NCBI GenBank assembly: GCA_963794955.1
Contig: CAWCGF010000003.1
Span: forward strand, 195,915-259,914
Reading direction: 5' to 3'
Length of the DNA: 64,000 nt
Source: an uncultured Acidobacteriota bacterium
GTDB lineage: Bacteria; Acidobacteriota; Blastocatellia; RBC074
The notes beneath the pieces were generated by a model. It searched no databases. It had not been told where the DNA came from and saw only the letters and a list, made by a program, of their open reading frames with translations. Of the stretch, positions 23,489 to 33,983 are shown piece after piece. Position 1 is the stretch's first letter. Every line of letters starts with the position of its first letter. Both the position numbers and the translations under genes were made by a program.

Positions 23489-23786
23489 GCTCGTCTCCAC
23501 AGAAAATCTCAGGGCGGTCGCATCATAGCAAAACCCTGCTGCGGGGAAAGCTGAAAATGTGAGGAATTAAAATGGAACAGCTAGGTAAAGAATCCGAGAC
23601 GCTGGACTTTTTGCTGCCTCGCTTTTACACTCATTCTCGCAAGCTTACCTCAAGTCGGCAAAATGAAGCTTGTCGAAAGATCAACACTCTACCAAGTCTT
23701 TCGCAAATTTCGCAGAATCAATAAAACTCAAAAACAAAGGCTAGACCGAAAAAGCACGCTGGCCTTGGATTGGAAAAGGTGACCTC

Positions 23787-26700
23787 ATGCGCCCCGTTGT
23801 CTTACCCCTCATGCGCCATACTTGGCGTTGGTTTTTTGTGGCTCTTGGTTTTATCAGCTTTGCCTGGATAGGCGTTGCCTTGCTGTTTCCGCCGCCTGTA
23901 CAAGGCCTTTCAGCAGGAATTGTCATCAGCCAGATATATGGCGGTGGCGGAAATACTGGGGCAACGTATAAAAACGACTTTGTCGAGCTTTGCAATCGCG
24001 GGCTGACGCCTGTGACGATGACCAATTGGTCCGTACAATATGCCACGGCAACCGGATCAACCTGGACCGTCGCTGGGCCACTCAATTTTACTTTGCAGCC
24101 GGGGCAATACTTTTTGATTCAATTAGCCGCAGGTGCTGGTGGCACCACGAGTTTACCCACGCCAGATTTTGCCGTGAGTAGTCCAAATCCAAGCGCAACC
24201 GCAGGCAAAATTGCACTGGTCAACACCACCACGATGTTGAGTGGCACTTGTCCCGCTAGCGCCAGCATCATTGATTTTGTTGGTTATGGCTCCTCGGCAG
24301 ATTGCTCCGAGGCCACGCCCGCGGCTGCGCCCAGCAACACTACAGCCATCCTTCGCCAGGCTAATGGCTGCACCGAAACCGATAACAACGCCAGTGATTT
24401 TGCGATTGGTGCCGTCAATCCGCGTAACACCGCGTCGCCGCTCAATTCTTGCGGGGTTCCGACTACTCCCACTGGAACAGGGGCAGCTTCGCCTAATACC
24501 GTTACACCAGGGGGCACAACGCTCTTAACAGTTACTGTCACCCCAGGCACGAATCCGGTCAGCACAGGTCTTAGCGTATCAGGCGATTTGACCTCCATTG
24601 GCGGCGCGGCCTTACAAACCTTCTTTGACAACGGAACCAATGGGGACGTCACGGCCAGTGACAACATCTTCTCGTACCAGGCTATGGTTTCAGGCGGTAC
24701 GACCACAGGCGCAAAGACCTTGAATATAAATATTGCCGATACCCAGGCGCGCACGGGGAGCACCACGATTTCCCTCATGGTGCAACCGCCGACTATGGTT
24801 CCCGGCGGTGTCGTCATCAGCCAGGTGTACGGCGGCGGCGGCAACAGTGGCGCGCCGTATACAAACGATTTCATTGAATTATTTAATCAAGGCATGGTGG
24901 CAGTGAATGTGAATGGCTGGTCCGTACAATATGCTTCTGCGACGAGTGCAAGCTGGTCAAAAACGAATCTTCCTAATATGACGATTCCACCCGGCGGGTA
25001 CCTGTTAATTCAAGAGGCTTCGGGCGGTGCAAATGGCATTGTCCTTCCTACAGTTGATGCGACAGGAACGAGCGCAATGGCGACTAGCGGGGGCAAAGTT
25101 GCATTGGTAAATGACACGATAACTTTAAGCATTGCTTGTCCCACTGGTGCGAACATCGTTGATTTGGTGGGATACGGTTCGTCGGCAAATTGTTTTGAAA
25201 CGGCAACAGCGGCTGCGCATAGCAACAGTAGCGCGACGTTACGCCAAGCCAATGGTTGCACCGAAGCCGATAACAATGCCGCAGATTTTGCGACGGGGGC
25301 ACCGAATCCCCGCAACAGCGCTTCCTCCTTTTTTTCCTGTTTTACCGCACCAAATGTAACTGCGCACCCCAGCGATCAACTCGTCGCTCCAGGCGCAAGC
25401 GTCTCCTTCACCGCCGCCGCTTCCGGCACCGCGCCGCTCGACGTGCAATGGCAAGTCAGCACGGATGGCGGCGCGATGTGGAGCGATATTGCTGGAGCAA
25501 CAACTACGACCCTGACGTTGCCTGCCGTGGCGTTGACCGATCATGGGAAGCGCTTTCGGGCGCACTTCATGAATACTCTGGGCATGGCGGATTCAACGGC
25601 TGCTTTGCTGACGGTACTGCCTGCCGAAGCCAAAATTCTCGATCCGCTCGGCTGCATCGGCGACGGCACGACGCTGCAGGTAAGAGCCGAAATCGTGAAC
25701 ACTTCCAACGTTGCGGTAGCTGGCATTTTTCGCGCGCAACTCGGCGCAAATCTGGTCACGCGCAATAGCTCTTGCGTCATCACAGGCAATGGCAGTTGCA
25801 GCTTCACCGGCGAAGATCGGGTGCGGTGGAGCGGCACGCTCCAGCCCAATGAACGAGTCGTAATCGAATATCAAGTCCAAGTTTTACCCGGTGTGGCGAC
25901 CGGCACGAAGCTTTGCATTATGTCTACGTTTGAACTCAATGCTGGCCCCCTTGCCACCGTGCAGGCTTGCGCGCAAGTGAATTGCCCGCTTGTTCCCCAT
26001 GAAGGCTTGCCGCCGGTCGGAGCCGCTGCGACCGCGCATACGCCTGGCTCGGTATTGTTCTTCAATTATTACACCTCGGATGTGACGCGCCCACAGCTTG
26101 AAAATACGCGCCTGAACCTCACCAACACGGATAGCGCGCGCGGTGTGGTCTTGCATTTGTTTTTCGTGGCTGCCGATGACTGTCGCGTCGCGGATACTTT
26201 CCTGTGCCTGACCGCGAATCAAACGACTTCGTTCCTGGCGTCGGACTACGATCCAGGCATGCAGGGCTTTCTCGTAGTGGTGGCAGTGGATGGGCAATCA
26301 GGTTGTCCGATCAATTTTAATCACCTGATAGGCAGCGAATTCATCAAGATGAGCAGCGGGCACGCTACCAATTTAGGCGCAATGGCAATTGCCGCTGTGC
26401 CCGGTGGCCCGATGGCGTGCGATCTAACGGACACGACTGCTCGGCTGGATTTTGATGGCAACGATTACAACCTCGTCCCACGCGTGTTGGCGGTGAATAA
26501 CATTCAGAGTCCAGTGGATGGCAATTCGACTTTGCTGATTTTGAATCGCATTGGCGGGAATTTCAGCACGGGCACGGCGACCCGACTCAGCGATTTGCAA
26601 GGCTTGGTGTACGACGACAACGAAAGCGGTCACAGTTTTCAATTTGACCCCAGTGGTTGTCAGTACGTGCGGCGAATTTTCGATGGGGTGCCACGAATTT

Positions 26701-26897
26701 CCCCGCCGCTCACGAAAGTCATTCCGCGCGGTCATACGGGCTGGCTGCGATTGAACCACGTGGCGGATTCCGCGATGTTCGGCGCAGTCATTAACCTGAA
26801 TCCGAATGGCTTCAGCCACGGTCATACACTACACGCGCTTTCGTATACGGATGCGAGTATCACCATTCCGCTCATTCCACCTGCCTGTCGGCTATAA
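23787..26897 (+). CDS. large secreted protein with two lamin-tail-domain (LTD) repeats plus Ig-like and unknown C-terminal domains
   Basis: VISQIYGGGGNTGATYKNDFVELCN...NWSVQY and VISQVYGGGGNSGAPYTNDFIELFN...GWSVQY. Each is followed by IVDLVGYGSSANC...LRQANGCTE.DNNA.DFA. Confidence 0.7.
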   Translation: MRPVVLPLMRHTWRWFFVALGFISFAWIGVALLFPPPVQGLSAGIVISQIYGGGGNTGATYKNDFVELCNRGLTPVTMTNWSVQYATATGSTWTVAGPLNFTLQPGQYFLIQLAAGAGGTTSLPTPDFAVSSPNPSATAGKIALVNTTTMLSGTCPASASIIDFVGYGSSADCSEATPAAAPSNTTAILRQANGCTETDNNASDFAIGAVNPRNTASPLNSCGVPTTPTGTGAASPNTVTPGGTTLLTVTVTPGTNPVSTGLSVSGDLTSIGGAALQTFFDNGTNGDVTASDNIFSYQAMVSGGTTTGAKTLNINIADTQARTGSTTISLMVQPPTMVPGGVVISQVYGGGGNSGAPYTNDFIELFNQGMVAVNVNGWSVQYASATSASWSKTNLPNMTIPPGGYLLIQEASGGANGIVLPTVDATGTSAMATSGGKVALVNDTITLSIACPTGANIVDLVGYGSSANCFETATAAAHSNSSATLRQANGCTEADNNAADFATGAPNPRNSASSFFSCFTAPNVTAHPSDQLVAPGASVSFTAAASGTAPLDVQWQVSTDGGAMWSDIAGATTTTLTLPAVALTDHGKRFRAHFMNTLGMADSTAALLTVLPAEAKILDPLGCIGDGTTLQVRAEIVNTSNVAVAGIFRAQLGANLVTRNSSCVITGNGSCSFTGEDRVRWSGTLQPNERVVIEYQVQVLPGVATGTKLCIMSTFELNAGPLATVQACAQVNCPLVPHEGLPPVGAAATAHTPGSVLFFNYYTSDVTRPQLENTRLNLTNTDSARGVVLHLFFVAADDCRVADTFLCLTANQTTSFLASDYDPGMQGFLVVVAVDGQSGCPINFNHLIGSEFIKMSSGHATNLGAMAIAAVPGGPMACDLTDTTARLDFDGNDYNLVPRVLAVNNIQSPVDGNSTLLILNRIGGNFSTGTATRLSDLQGLVYDDNESGHSFQFDPSGCQYVRRIFDGVPRISPPLTKVIPRGHTGWLRLNHVADSAMFGAVINLNPNGFSHGHTLHALSYTDASITIPLIPPACRL

Positions 26898-27088
26898 ACA
26901 TCTGATTCGTGAAGTGAAGGGAGCTTTTTGTGACTTCATTCGCGCGGCAATGGCAAACCGCCCGCGTCGCGGTTACTATGGCGGCTGCAAAAATTGTCAT
27001 TTTCGTTTGGATGTCGCTTGCTCGGTTGGTCTTGAGCAAAATCAAGTCAGTCATGAATTGCGTGGTAGCTATTTGGGATTAGGAATCA

Positions 27089-28195
27089 ATGATAAAAACT
27101 CTGCTCCGCGAACTCACCTTTCCACTCATTGCTGTGATTGCCGCGTTCATTTTGGGCGGTATTATTATTCTGGCGATCCGAGATAATCCGATTGAAGTTT
27201 ACAGCATCCTGCTCAACAGTGCGTTTGGCCTGTTCGATGCACGCGGCAATTTTACCTTTGATAATTGGGGCTACACGTTGTTTTATGCGACGCCGCTGAT
27301 TTTTACGGGCTTGTCGGTAGCGTTGGCCATGCGCTGTGGTTTGCTCAATATTGGTGCCGAAGGACAGCTTTATATGGGCGCGTTTGCAGCGGCTTGGGTC
27401 GGGCTGACGTTCACGGGGTTGCCTGCGATATTGCTGGTGCCGTTGGCGATTCTGGCAGCCATGATTGCGGGTGGGACCTGGGGCGCAATCCCTGGCGTTT
27501 TGAAAGCGCGCTTCGGTTCGCACGAAGTCATCAACACGATTATGATGAACTTCATTGCGCTGGGACTGTTGAGCTACTTGGTACAATACCATTTCAAAGA
27601 GCCGTCGGATGCGATTATGGAAACGCACGAAATCGCGCCTGCCGGACGCTTTGCCCGTTTCTATACCTTGCTCGCGCCGTTCGGCATTCACTTCCCGTAC
27701 CGTATTCCACTGAACGCCTCGTTTTTGCTGGCGATTCTGATGTGCTTTTTGGTGTGGGTGTTTTTGTGGAAGACGAAATGGGGCTACGAACTGCGGGCGG
27801 TGGGCGCGAATCCTGATGCGGCGGAGTACGCCGGGATCAGCGTGAAAAAACAAATTGTGCTGGCGATGGCGTTGTCGGGCGCGCTTGCGGGGTTGGTCGG
27901 CGTGAATGAGGTATTGGGCTATCGCTATCGCTACTATCACGACTTCGGCGCGAGTTATGGTTTCACCGGGATTGCGGTAGCGTTGCTCGGTCGCAATCAT
28001 CCGTTTGGCGTCTTGCTTGCCGCAATCTTGTTTGGTGCGTTGATTCGTGGCGGTTTGTTCGTAGATATTTTCACCGAAAACGTCTCGAAAGATTTAGTGC
28101 AGGTCTTGCAGGCGATCATTATTTTGTTTGTCGCAATGGAATATATGTTTCGCGGCAAGCTGGAACGCCTGATTCCGCAATTAGCAGGGAAGTAG
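27089..28195 (+). CDS. ABC transporter permease (BMP/ribose-type branched permease family)
   Basis: 368 aa with about ten TM helices. No ATPase or binding-protein gene adjacent. Confidence 0.7.
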   Translation: MIKTLLRELTFPLIAVIAAFILGGIIILAIRDNPIEVYSILLNSAFGLFDARGNFTFDNWGYTLFYATPLIFTGLSVALAMRCGLLNIGAEGQLYMGAFAAAWVGLTFTGLPAILLVPLAILAAMIAGGTWGAIPGVLKARFGSHEVINTIMMNFIALGLLSYLVQYHFKEPSDAIMETHEIAPAGRFARFYTLLAPFGIHFPYRIPLNASFLLAILMCFLVWVFLWKTKWGYELRAVGANPDAAEYAGISVKKQIVLAMALSGALAGLVGVNEVLGYRYRYYHDFGASYGFTGIAVALLGRNHPFGVLLAAILFGALIRGGLFVDIFTENVSKDLVQVLQAIIILFVAMEYMFRGKLERLIPQLAGK

Positions 28196-28466
28196 GGTTA
28201 ACAAAGATTGCGGCTCCTTGCTTTGATTGACGAAACTCGCAACGTGTCTCGTGCGTCATAACAACTTACTCCTCTTACAAGTATATTTTTTCGCACTGCA
28301 ACGCAATCCTTTTCCCGCTTGCAAGAGAGTCGAGTTCAAGAAATTCCCGCGAAACCCGCGACGGCAACGGCAGTGCAAGTGACTCTATGATATGCTTCGT
28401 GTGGTTTCGCCTTCTTCATTTTAAGCGGCCATAATTCAATTTTGGGAAGAAATTTCAGGAGACAGA

Positions 28467-29483
28467 ATGACAGCAGAAACAATCCAAGCAGATGAATTAC
28501 TTGATCGTTTAGTGCATGCGCGCAAACAACTCCTCAACGAAATCCGCAAGGCTGTGATCGGTCAGGACGAAGCCGTCGAGCAAGTCCTGATGTCACTTCT
28601 TGTCGGCGGCCATTCGATTCTAACCGGGGTGCCAGGACTCGCTAAAACCTTGCTCGTGCGCACGATTGCTAACGTGCTTGATCTTTCTTTCAAGCGCATC
28701 CAGTTTACGCCTGACCTGATGCCTGCTGATATTACCGGCACGGAAATTATTGAAGAAGATCGCGCAACGGGACACCGCGCGTTGCAATTTATCAAAGGCC
28801 CGGTATTCGCCAATATGGTGCTCGCGGACGAAATCAACCGCACGCCGCCCAAGACGCAGGCTGCGTTGCTCGAAGCTATGCAGGAAGGCAATGTCACTGT
28901 GCAGGGCAACACGTATCAATTGCCGAAGCCGTTTTATGTGTTGGCCACGCAAAACCCCATCGAAATGGAAGGCACGTATCCGCTGCCCGAAGCGCAGTTG
29001 GATCGTTTCATGTTCAATATCCGCGTTGGCTATTTGTCGGAAGCCGATGAAATCAAAGTCGTGCAGGCAACCACAATGCCACAGGATACAAAGTTCGAGC
29101 GGTTGATGTCTGCCGAAGAAATCATCGCCTTCCAGCGCCTCGTGCGACAGATTCCTGCCTCTGAATCCGTCGTTCGTTATGCGGTAAATCTGGCGGCTAC
29201 GAGCCGCCCCGTGAATGGCAATACGCCGGACTTTGTAAAGAAGTACATTACGTGGGGGGCCTCCCTGCGCGCTTCACAATTTTTGGTTTTGGCCGGGAAA
29301 GCGCGTGCGATTATGAATGGTCGCTATAACGTGAGTTGCGACGACATCCGCGCCTCTGCCGCACCTGTTATGCGACATCGCATTCTGTTGAACTTCCAGG
29401 CTGAGTCGGAAAAATTGGATACCGATCAAATCATCAAACGCCTGATTGAGTATGTGCCGGAACCGAAGTCGGGACTGAACTAA
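28467..29483 (+). CDS. MoxR-family AAA+ ATPase
   Basis: Walker A GVPGLAKT, Walker B VLADEINR, MoxR C-terminal region. Confidence 0.9.
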   Translation: MTAETIQADELLDRLVHARKQLLNEIRKAVIGQDEAVEQVLMSLLVGGHSILTGVPGLAKTLLVRTIANVLDLSFKRIQFTPDLMPADITGTEIIEEDRATGHRALQFIKGPVFANMVLADEINRTPPKTQAALLEAMQEGNVTVQGNTYQLPKPFYVLATQNPIEMEGTYPLPEAQLDRFMFNIRVGYLSEADEIKVVQATTMPQDTKFERLMSAEEIIAFQRLVRQIPASESVVRYAVNLAATSRPVNGNTPDFVKKYITWGASLRASQFLVLAGKARAIMNGRYNVSCDDIRASAAPVMRHRILLNFQAESEKLDTDQIIKRLIEYVPEPKSGLN

Positions 29484-29614
29484 ACAAAGCAAAAGACAAA
29501 TTGCAAAAGTTAAAAGGGCAGCACTTAACTTAAGTAATTGAGAAATGAATTCCTTCCGACTCTTCCTTTTGCGCTTTGCCTTTTGCGCTTCGCCTTTTGA
29601 TTTCGGGAAACTTT

Positions 29615-30583
29615 ATGTGGTGGAAAAAGAAAAAAGAACCGGGACTCACGCTCAATTCACAAGACACGGAACTGCTCAAGACGCCACATTCGGCCTCGCA
29701 CAATCCGAATTCCTTTCTTGATCCTGAAGTGCTGGCGCGCGTCTCGTCACTCGAAATTCTGGCGCGTACCGTCGTCGAAGGGTTTATCTCTGGCTTACAT
29801 CGTTCGCCTTTCACCGGCTTCTCGACGGAATTCGCCGAGTACCGGCAATATATGCCCGGTGACGATTTGCGGTACTTGGATTGGAAGCTGTTGGGGCGGA
29901 CGGATCGCTATTACATCAAAAAATACCGCGCCGACACGAACACGCAGTTTCACTTGCTCGTGGATGCAAGTGGCTCAATGAAATATGCGTCAGGCGGCGT
30001 AAGCAAGCTGCAATATGCGAAGATGCTTGCGGCTTCGCTGGCTTATTTGGTCAACAAGCAAAACGATGCGGTGGGGTTACTGGCCTTCGATGATGCGGTA
30101 CGTGTGCAAGTCCCCTCGCAAAATCGCACCGGCCATTTGCGTTCGATCTTTGGGCACTTGGAGCAATTAGCGCCGGGCCGGGAAACGCGCCTTTCGGCGA
30201 TTTTGCACGAAGCTGCTGACCGCATTACGAAGCGCAGTTTTATCATTATCGTGTCAGATTTCTACGATGACGCCGATGCGATCAAAGAAGCCTTGCAGCA
30301 CCTGAGTTTCAAGGGCAACAACGTCATTGCCTTCCAAGTTCTCGACCAAAACGAAATCGCCTTTGACTTCGATGAGCCGATCCTGCTGGAAGATTGCGAA
30401 ACCGAAGAACAATTACACGTGATGCCGGATGTGTTGGCAGAAGGCTACCGCGAGACGTTTCAGCATCACCTGACACGCGTACGCGAAGCGGCGATCAACA
30501 ATCGCGTCGAGTACGAATTGTTGACGACGAACAAGCCGTTGGATTATGCGCTGTTTTCGTTTTTGTCAAAGCGCGCAAGTTGA
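29615..30583 (+). CDS. DUF58 (vWA-like) protein
   Basis: Motifs YRQYMPGDDLRYLDWK and LLVDASGSM. Partner of MoxR. Confidence 0.8.
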   Translation: MWWKKKKEPGLTLNSQDTELLKTPHSASHNPNSFLDPEVLARVSSLEILARTVVEGFISGLHRSPFTGFSTEFAEYRQYMPGDDLRYLDWKLLGRTDRYYIKKYRADTNTQFHLLVDASGSMKYASGGVSKLQYAKMLAASLAYLVNKQNDAVGLLAFDDAVRVQVPSQNRTGHLRSIFGHLEQLAPGRETRLSAILHEAADRITKRSFIIIVSDFYDDADAIKEALQHLSFKGNNVIAFQVLDQNEIAFDFDEPILLEDCETEEQLHVMPDVLAEGYRETFQHHLTRVREAAINNRVEYELLTTNKPLDYALFSFLSKRAS

Positions 30584-30600
30584 GTTCAGCAGAGCCTCGC

Positions 30601-31251
30601 ATGAACACAAAAGTATTCCAATTCATCGCGATCACGATTTTAATAGGAAGCCTGAGTCTGCCAACTTTTAGTCAGAGTAAGAAAACTGTAGCCCCGCCCA
30701 CGATTCCCAAACAACCCGCCGCCCTGGACGCCGAAGACTACGCCGTTTATTCCGTTTTGCTGCAATCACTTTATGGCAACGGCGCGAAACTCCTCGTGCT
30801 TGATAATTACGTGTCCGCTTGTGTTCCGGTAGGGAACAACACTGAGGGGGAAAAGGCGTGGCAGCAAAGCTTGAGTAGCTTGCCCGGCAAGATGCCGAAG
30901 CTGAGTCCGAAAACGGTTGCCGACTTCAAGCGCAAAACGCGGCAATGTCGCAACGTCGAAGCCAACTTCACCTTGCCTGCCAAGTACATTTTGCTGAGCA
31001 AACAGGAACGTAAGCAGGTCTTTTCTACTTCCGATACCAAGAAGGCGTGGGCGAACTTTTACCAAAAATATGCGGGGGCTTCCGGCTACATCAATTTGTC
31101 GAATATCGGCTTCAACGAAGATCGGACGCAGGCGCTGGTGGACACCTATCGCAAATGCGGGACACAATGCGGAGCCGAGAAAATGGTATTGTTGACGAAA
31201 GTAAACGGGAGTTGGAACGTAGCGGCGACACATAAAATCTGGGAATTTTAA
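30601..31251 (+). CDS. hypothetical secreted protein
   Basis: ATG at 30601 with a signal peptide; sits inside the Bat-like operon. Confidence 0.5.
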   Translation: MNTKVFQFIAITILIGSLSLPTFSQSKKTVAPPTIPKQPAALDAEDYAVYSVLLQSLYGNGAKLLVLDNYVSACVPVGNNTEGEKAWQQSLSSLPGKMPKLSPKTVADFKRKTRQCRNVEANFTLPAKYILLSKQERKQVFSTSDTKKAWANFYQKYAGASGYINLSNIGFNEDRTQALVDTYRKCGTQCGAEKMVLLTKVNGSWNVAATHKIWEF

Positions 31252-31254
31252 GCA

Positions 31255-33297
31255 ATGTCATTTCTAAATCCATTATTTCTCCTTGGTCTTGCTGCGGTGG
31301 CTGTGCCAATCATTGTGCATCTGGTGCGACGCACGCGCGCGAAAAAAATTGAATTTCCTTCGCTGATGTTTGTGCGTCAGGTGCCGCAGCGAACGATTCG
31401 GCGCAAGCGGCTTATCAATTGGCTGCTGCTTTTGTTGCGCTCGCTGGCTTTGCTCTGTCTTGTGCTGGCGTTTGCGCGTCCGTATTTTAGTGGCAGTGGT
31501 GCGGCGGAAGCTACGGGCCGGGAAAAGGCGACGATAATCCTCTTCGACAATTCGTTCAGCATGCGCTACGGCACACGCTTCGAGCAGGCGAAAACCAAAG
31601 CGCGTGCCCTCGTCAACGAAGCAGCGGGCAATGATCAGGTCGCGTTTGTGACGTTCGGGCAAGGCTATGAGGTGCTAAGTCGCTTTACGAATGACAAAGG
31701 CAAACTCCTTTCGCTTATTGACAGTGCGCAGGCCGGGCTGGGTTCGACGGCATATACGCAAGCCTTACGCGGAGCCGAAGAGTTGATGAAAGAAGCGACC
31801 ACGAAGGACCGCCGCATTGTTTTGATTTCGGATTATCAGGCAGCGGGCTGGAATCAGGCGGACACGTCGTATCGCCTCAGCAATGATATTAAGCTAGTGA
31901 CCAACGACGTGGGCGAAGCTGATGCGACGAACCTTGCTATTACCGACATCAACGCTCAGCCTGTAATTTATCAGCAGAAATATGCGGACAAACTGGCGGC
32001 TCGCCTCGCCAATTTTTCAGACGAAGCGCGTGACAATGTGCAGGTGGAATTTCAACTCAACGATCATACGGTGGAGAAGCGTCAGGTCAAAATCGCGGCG
32101 CGTGATTCGACGCTGGTGGAATTCACTGACTTCAACTTGAACGAAGGCGTGAATCGTGGCGTGATTGAAATTTCTGACACGAGTTTCCCTGTGGATAATC
32201 GCTTTTACTTCACGTTGCACCGCGAAGTGCAGGGGCAGGCGTTAGTCATTGAATCCGCCGGACGTGGGCGCAGCGAAAGTTTGTTTTTGCGCAACGCGTT
32301 GACGACAGGCGAAAACCTGCCCTTTGCTCTGACCATTAAGACGCCCGCTTCGGTGAATCCTGGTGATCTGCCTGGTTACAAAGTCATCATCCTCAACGAT
32401 GTTGACAGCATCAATCCGGCGTTGGCAGAACAGCTACAATCCTACGTCGAAAAAGGCGGTGGCTTGATTATTGCTGCCGGGCGTCATGTGGATGCGGCTG
32501 GCTTCAACGAAGCGTTCAAGCAGATCACGCCTGCTACGATTGGCGAACCAGTGCAACCCAAAGGCGATTACGTCACCCTCAGCGACATCAGAACGGATCA
32601 CCCGGTGTTTGAAGTCTTCCGGCAAAGCGGACGCTTCGCCGCCGCGCGCGTGTTTGGTTATCGGCGCGCGACGCCGCAGGAAAAAGCATCGGTACTGGCG
32701 CGTTTTGAAGATGGCACTCCGGCGTTGCTGGAATCTTCGTTCGGGCAAGGCAAAGTGCTGCTTTTCACTTCGACGTTGGATTCAAGCTGGAACGACCTGC
32801 CACTCACCCCGTTGTATTTGCCATTGATGCGACAGATGGCCCGCTATTTGGGGGAACGCGACCGGCAAGCGTGGCAATTAGTGGGGCAAACCTTCACGGC
32901 AATCCAAGCCAAAGACGGCGCGATTCCTGCGGTAGATTCGCCGAGCAACAATCGCATTACGGAACGCAATCAAACCGCGGCTGGTGATCTGCTCGTAAAC
33001 GCCCGCGAAAACGGTTTCTATCGGTTGCGCTATGCGGCGGCGACAGATTTTGCTGCCGTAGATTTGGACGGCAAAGAGTCTGATTTGACCAAGCTGAATG
33101 GCGATGAGTTTGTCGCCGCCGTCACAGGTGCCGACCCGAAAGCCGATGCGGTTGCCGCTGGGCAAGGCAAGCTCACGAACGAGGAGCGCGAAGCCAAGCA
33201 GCGTGTGTGGTGGCCGTTGCTGATCGCGGCCCTGTTGCTGTTTGTGACCGAAGCCGTGCTGGCGCGGAGGACGAAGATGGCTCGAGTGATTGGTTGA
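31255..33297 (+). CDS. BatA-like protein: N-terminal double-TM domain plus vWA domain
   Basis: N-terminus PLFLLGLAAVAVPIIVHL...RLINWLLLLLRSLALLCLVLAFARP, a vWA MIDAS-like block (ILFDNSFSM), and a C-terminal TM helix. Confidence 0.8.
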   Translation: MSFLNPLFLLGLAAVAVPIIVHLVRRTRAKKIEFPSLMFVRQVPQRTIRRKRLINWLLLLLRSLALLCLVLAFARPYFSGSGAAEATGREKATIILFDNSFSMRYGTRFEQAKTKARALVNEAAGNDQVAFVTFGQGYEVLSRFTNDKGKLLSLIDSAQAGLGSTAYTQALRGAEELMKEATTKDRRIVLISDYQAAGWNQADTSYRLSNDIKLVTNDVGEADATNLAITDINAQPVIYQQKYADKLAARLANFSDEARDNVQVEFQLNDHTVEKRQVKIAARDSTLVEFTDFNLNEGVNRGVIEISDTSFPVDNRFYFTLHREVQGQALVIESAGRGRSESLFLRNALTTGENLPFALTIKTPASVNPGDLPGYKVIILNDVDSINPALAEQLQSYVEKGGGLIIAAGRHVDAAGFNEAFKQITPATIGEPVQPKGDYVTLSDIRTDHPVFEVFRQSGRFAAARVFGYRRATPQEKASVLARFEDGTPALLESSFGQGKVLLFTSTLDSSWNDLPLTPLYLPLMRQMARYLGERDRQAWQLVGQTFTAIQAKDGAIPAVDSPSNNRITERNQTAAGDLLVNARENGFYRLRYAAATDFAAVDLDGKESDLTKLNGDEFVAAVTGADPKADAVAAGQGKLTNEEREAKQRVWWPLLIAALLLFVTEAVLARRTKMARVIG

Positions 33298-33300
33298 TCT

Positions 33301-33564
33301 ATGAAGGTGTTGCGAACCATTCAGTTGATATTTGGATTACTTCTCTCAAGCTTTGGGGCGCTAGGATTTGCCGTCTGGACTTTAAGCTTTATTGATCCAG
33401 TCGGATCAAAAATGTCTGATGATGGCGATCCCTTTGGTACTCCGCCTGAACGCTGGAAGACACTGGTTGGAGTGGTGATCTGGGCGATCATTTCTGTCAG
33501 TGGTCTATTGATTTTCTGGATTGTGACAACAAAGGGAGGGCAAAGGAGGGACGAACATGAGTGA
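33301..33564 (+). CDS. small two-TM membrane protein
   Basis: 87 aa, starting 3 nt after the batA-like stop. Confidence 0.4.
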   Translation: MKVLRTIQLIFGLLLSSFGALGFAVWTLSFIDPVGSKMSDDGDPFGTPPERWKTLVGVVIWAIISVSGLLIFWIVTTKGGQRRDEHE

Positions 33565-33755
33565 TTTGGCTACATCTATGGCGTCTGAAAGATTTTTACG
33601 CGGCATAGGCCGAGAACGAAAAACTCGCGCAAATGGCACGAGAAATTGCCTAGCCCCGCACAAGTGGTAATTGTGATGGATGGAATTGATTGACTGGGTA
33701 AAGAAGCGCGTTGACAGTTATTCAGTCAGACGCCATTCTTATTGCGGAGGTAATT

Positions 33756-33983
33756 ATGTCTATCTTAATCCGAAAGAAAACGGCCACAGCAATAAACCCG
33801 GAACAGGCTGAACGAGAGCAATTGATCATCGCGTTGGAAGAAACGACACCAGCAACCAAGCTGGGGCGAAGGTTGAAAACCTTGCGATTGAAGATGCTGC
33901 GTGAAGGGCAGAAGCTGCGGTCGTTAGATGAAATCAACCGGAGCTTGGGGAGAGCCAGCGATGCCGATCTTAACCTTCCTTGA
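33756..33983 (+). CDS. putative type II antitoxin (VapB-like position)
   Basis: GGAGG RBS 8 nt upstream. 75 aa. Its 3' end overlaps the PIN-domain gene start by 23 nt. TTGACA box at 33714-33719. Confidence 0.5.
   Translation: MSILIRKKTATAINPEQAEREQLIIALEETTPATKLGRRLKTLRLKMLREGQKLRSLDEINRSLGRASDADLNLP

Noticed and set aside
24284-24874. Long antisense ORFs inside the LTD-protein gene (also 25010-25315, 25884-26297, 26424-26825)
   Set aside because: They lie opposite a gene with strong family signatures, show GC-rich frame bias and have no RBS. Typical shadow ORFs of high-GC DNA.
27086-28000. 304-aa minus-strand ORF across the ABC permease gene
   Set aside because: Arg/Gln/His-rich low-complexity translation antisense to a clear polytopic permease.
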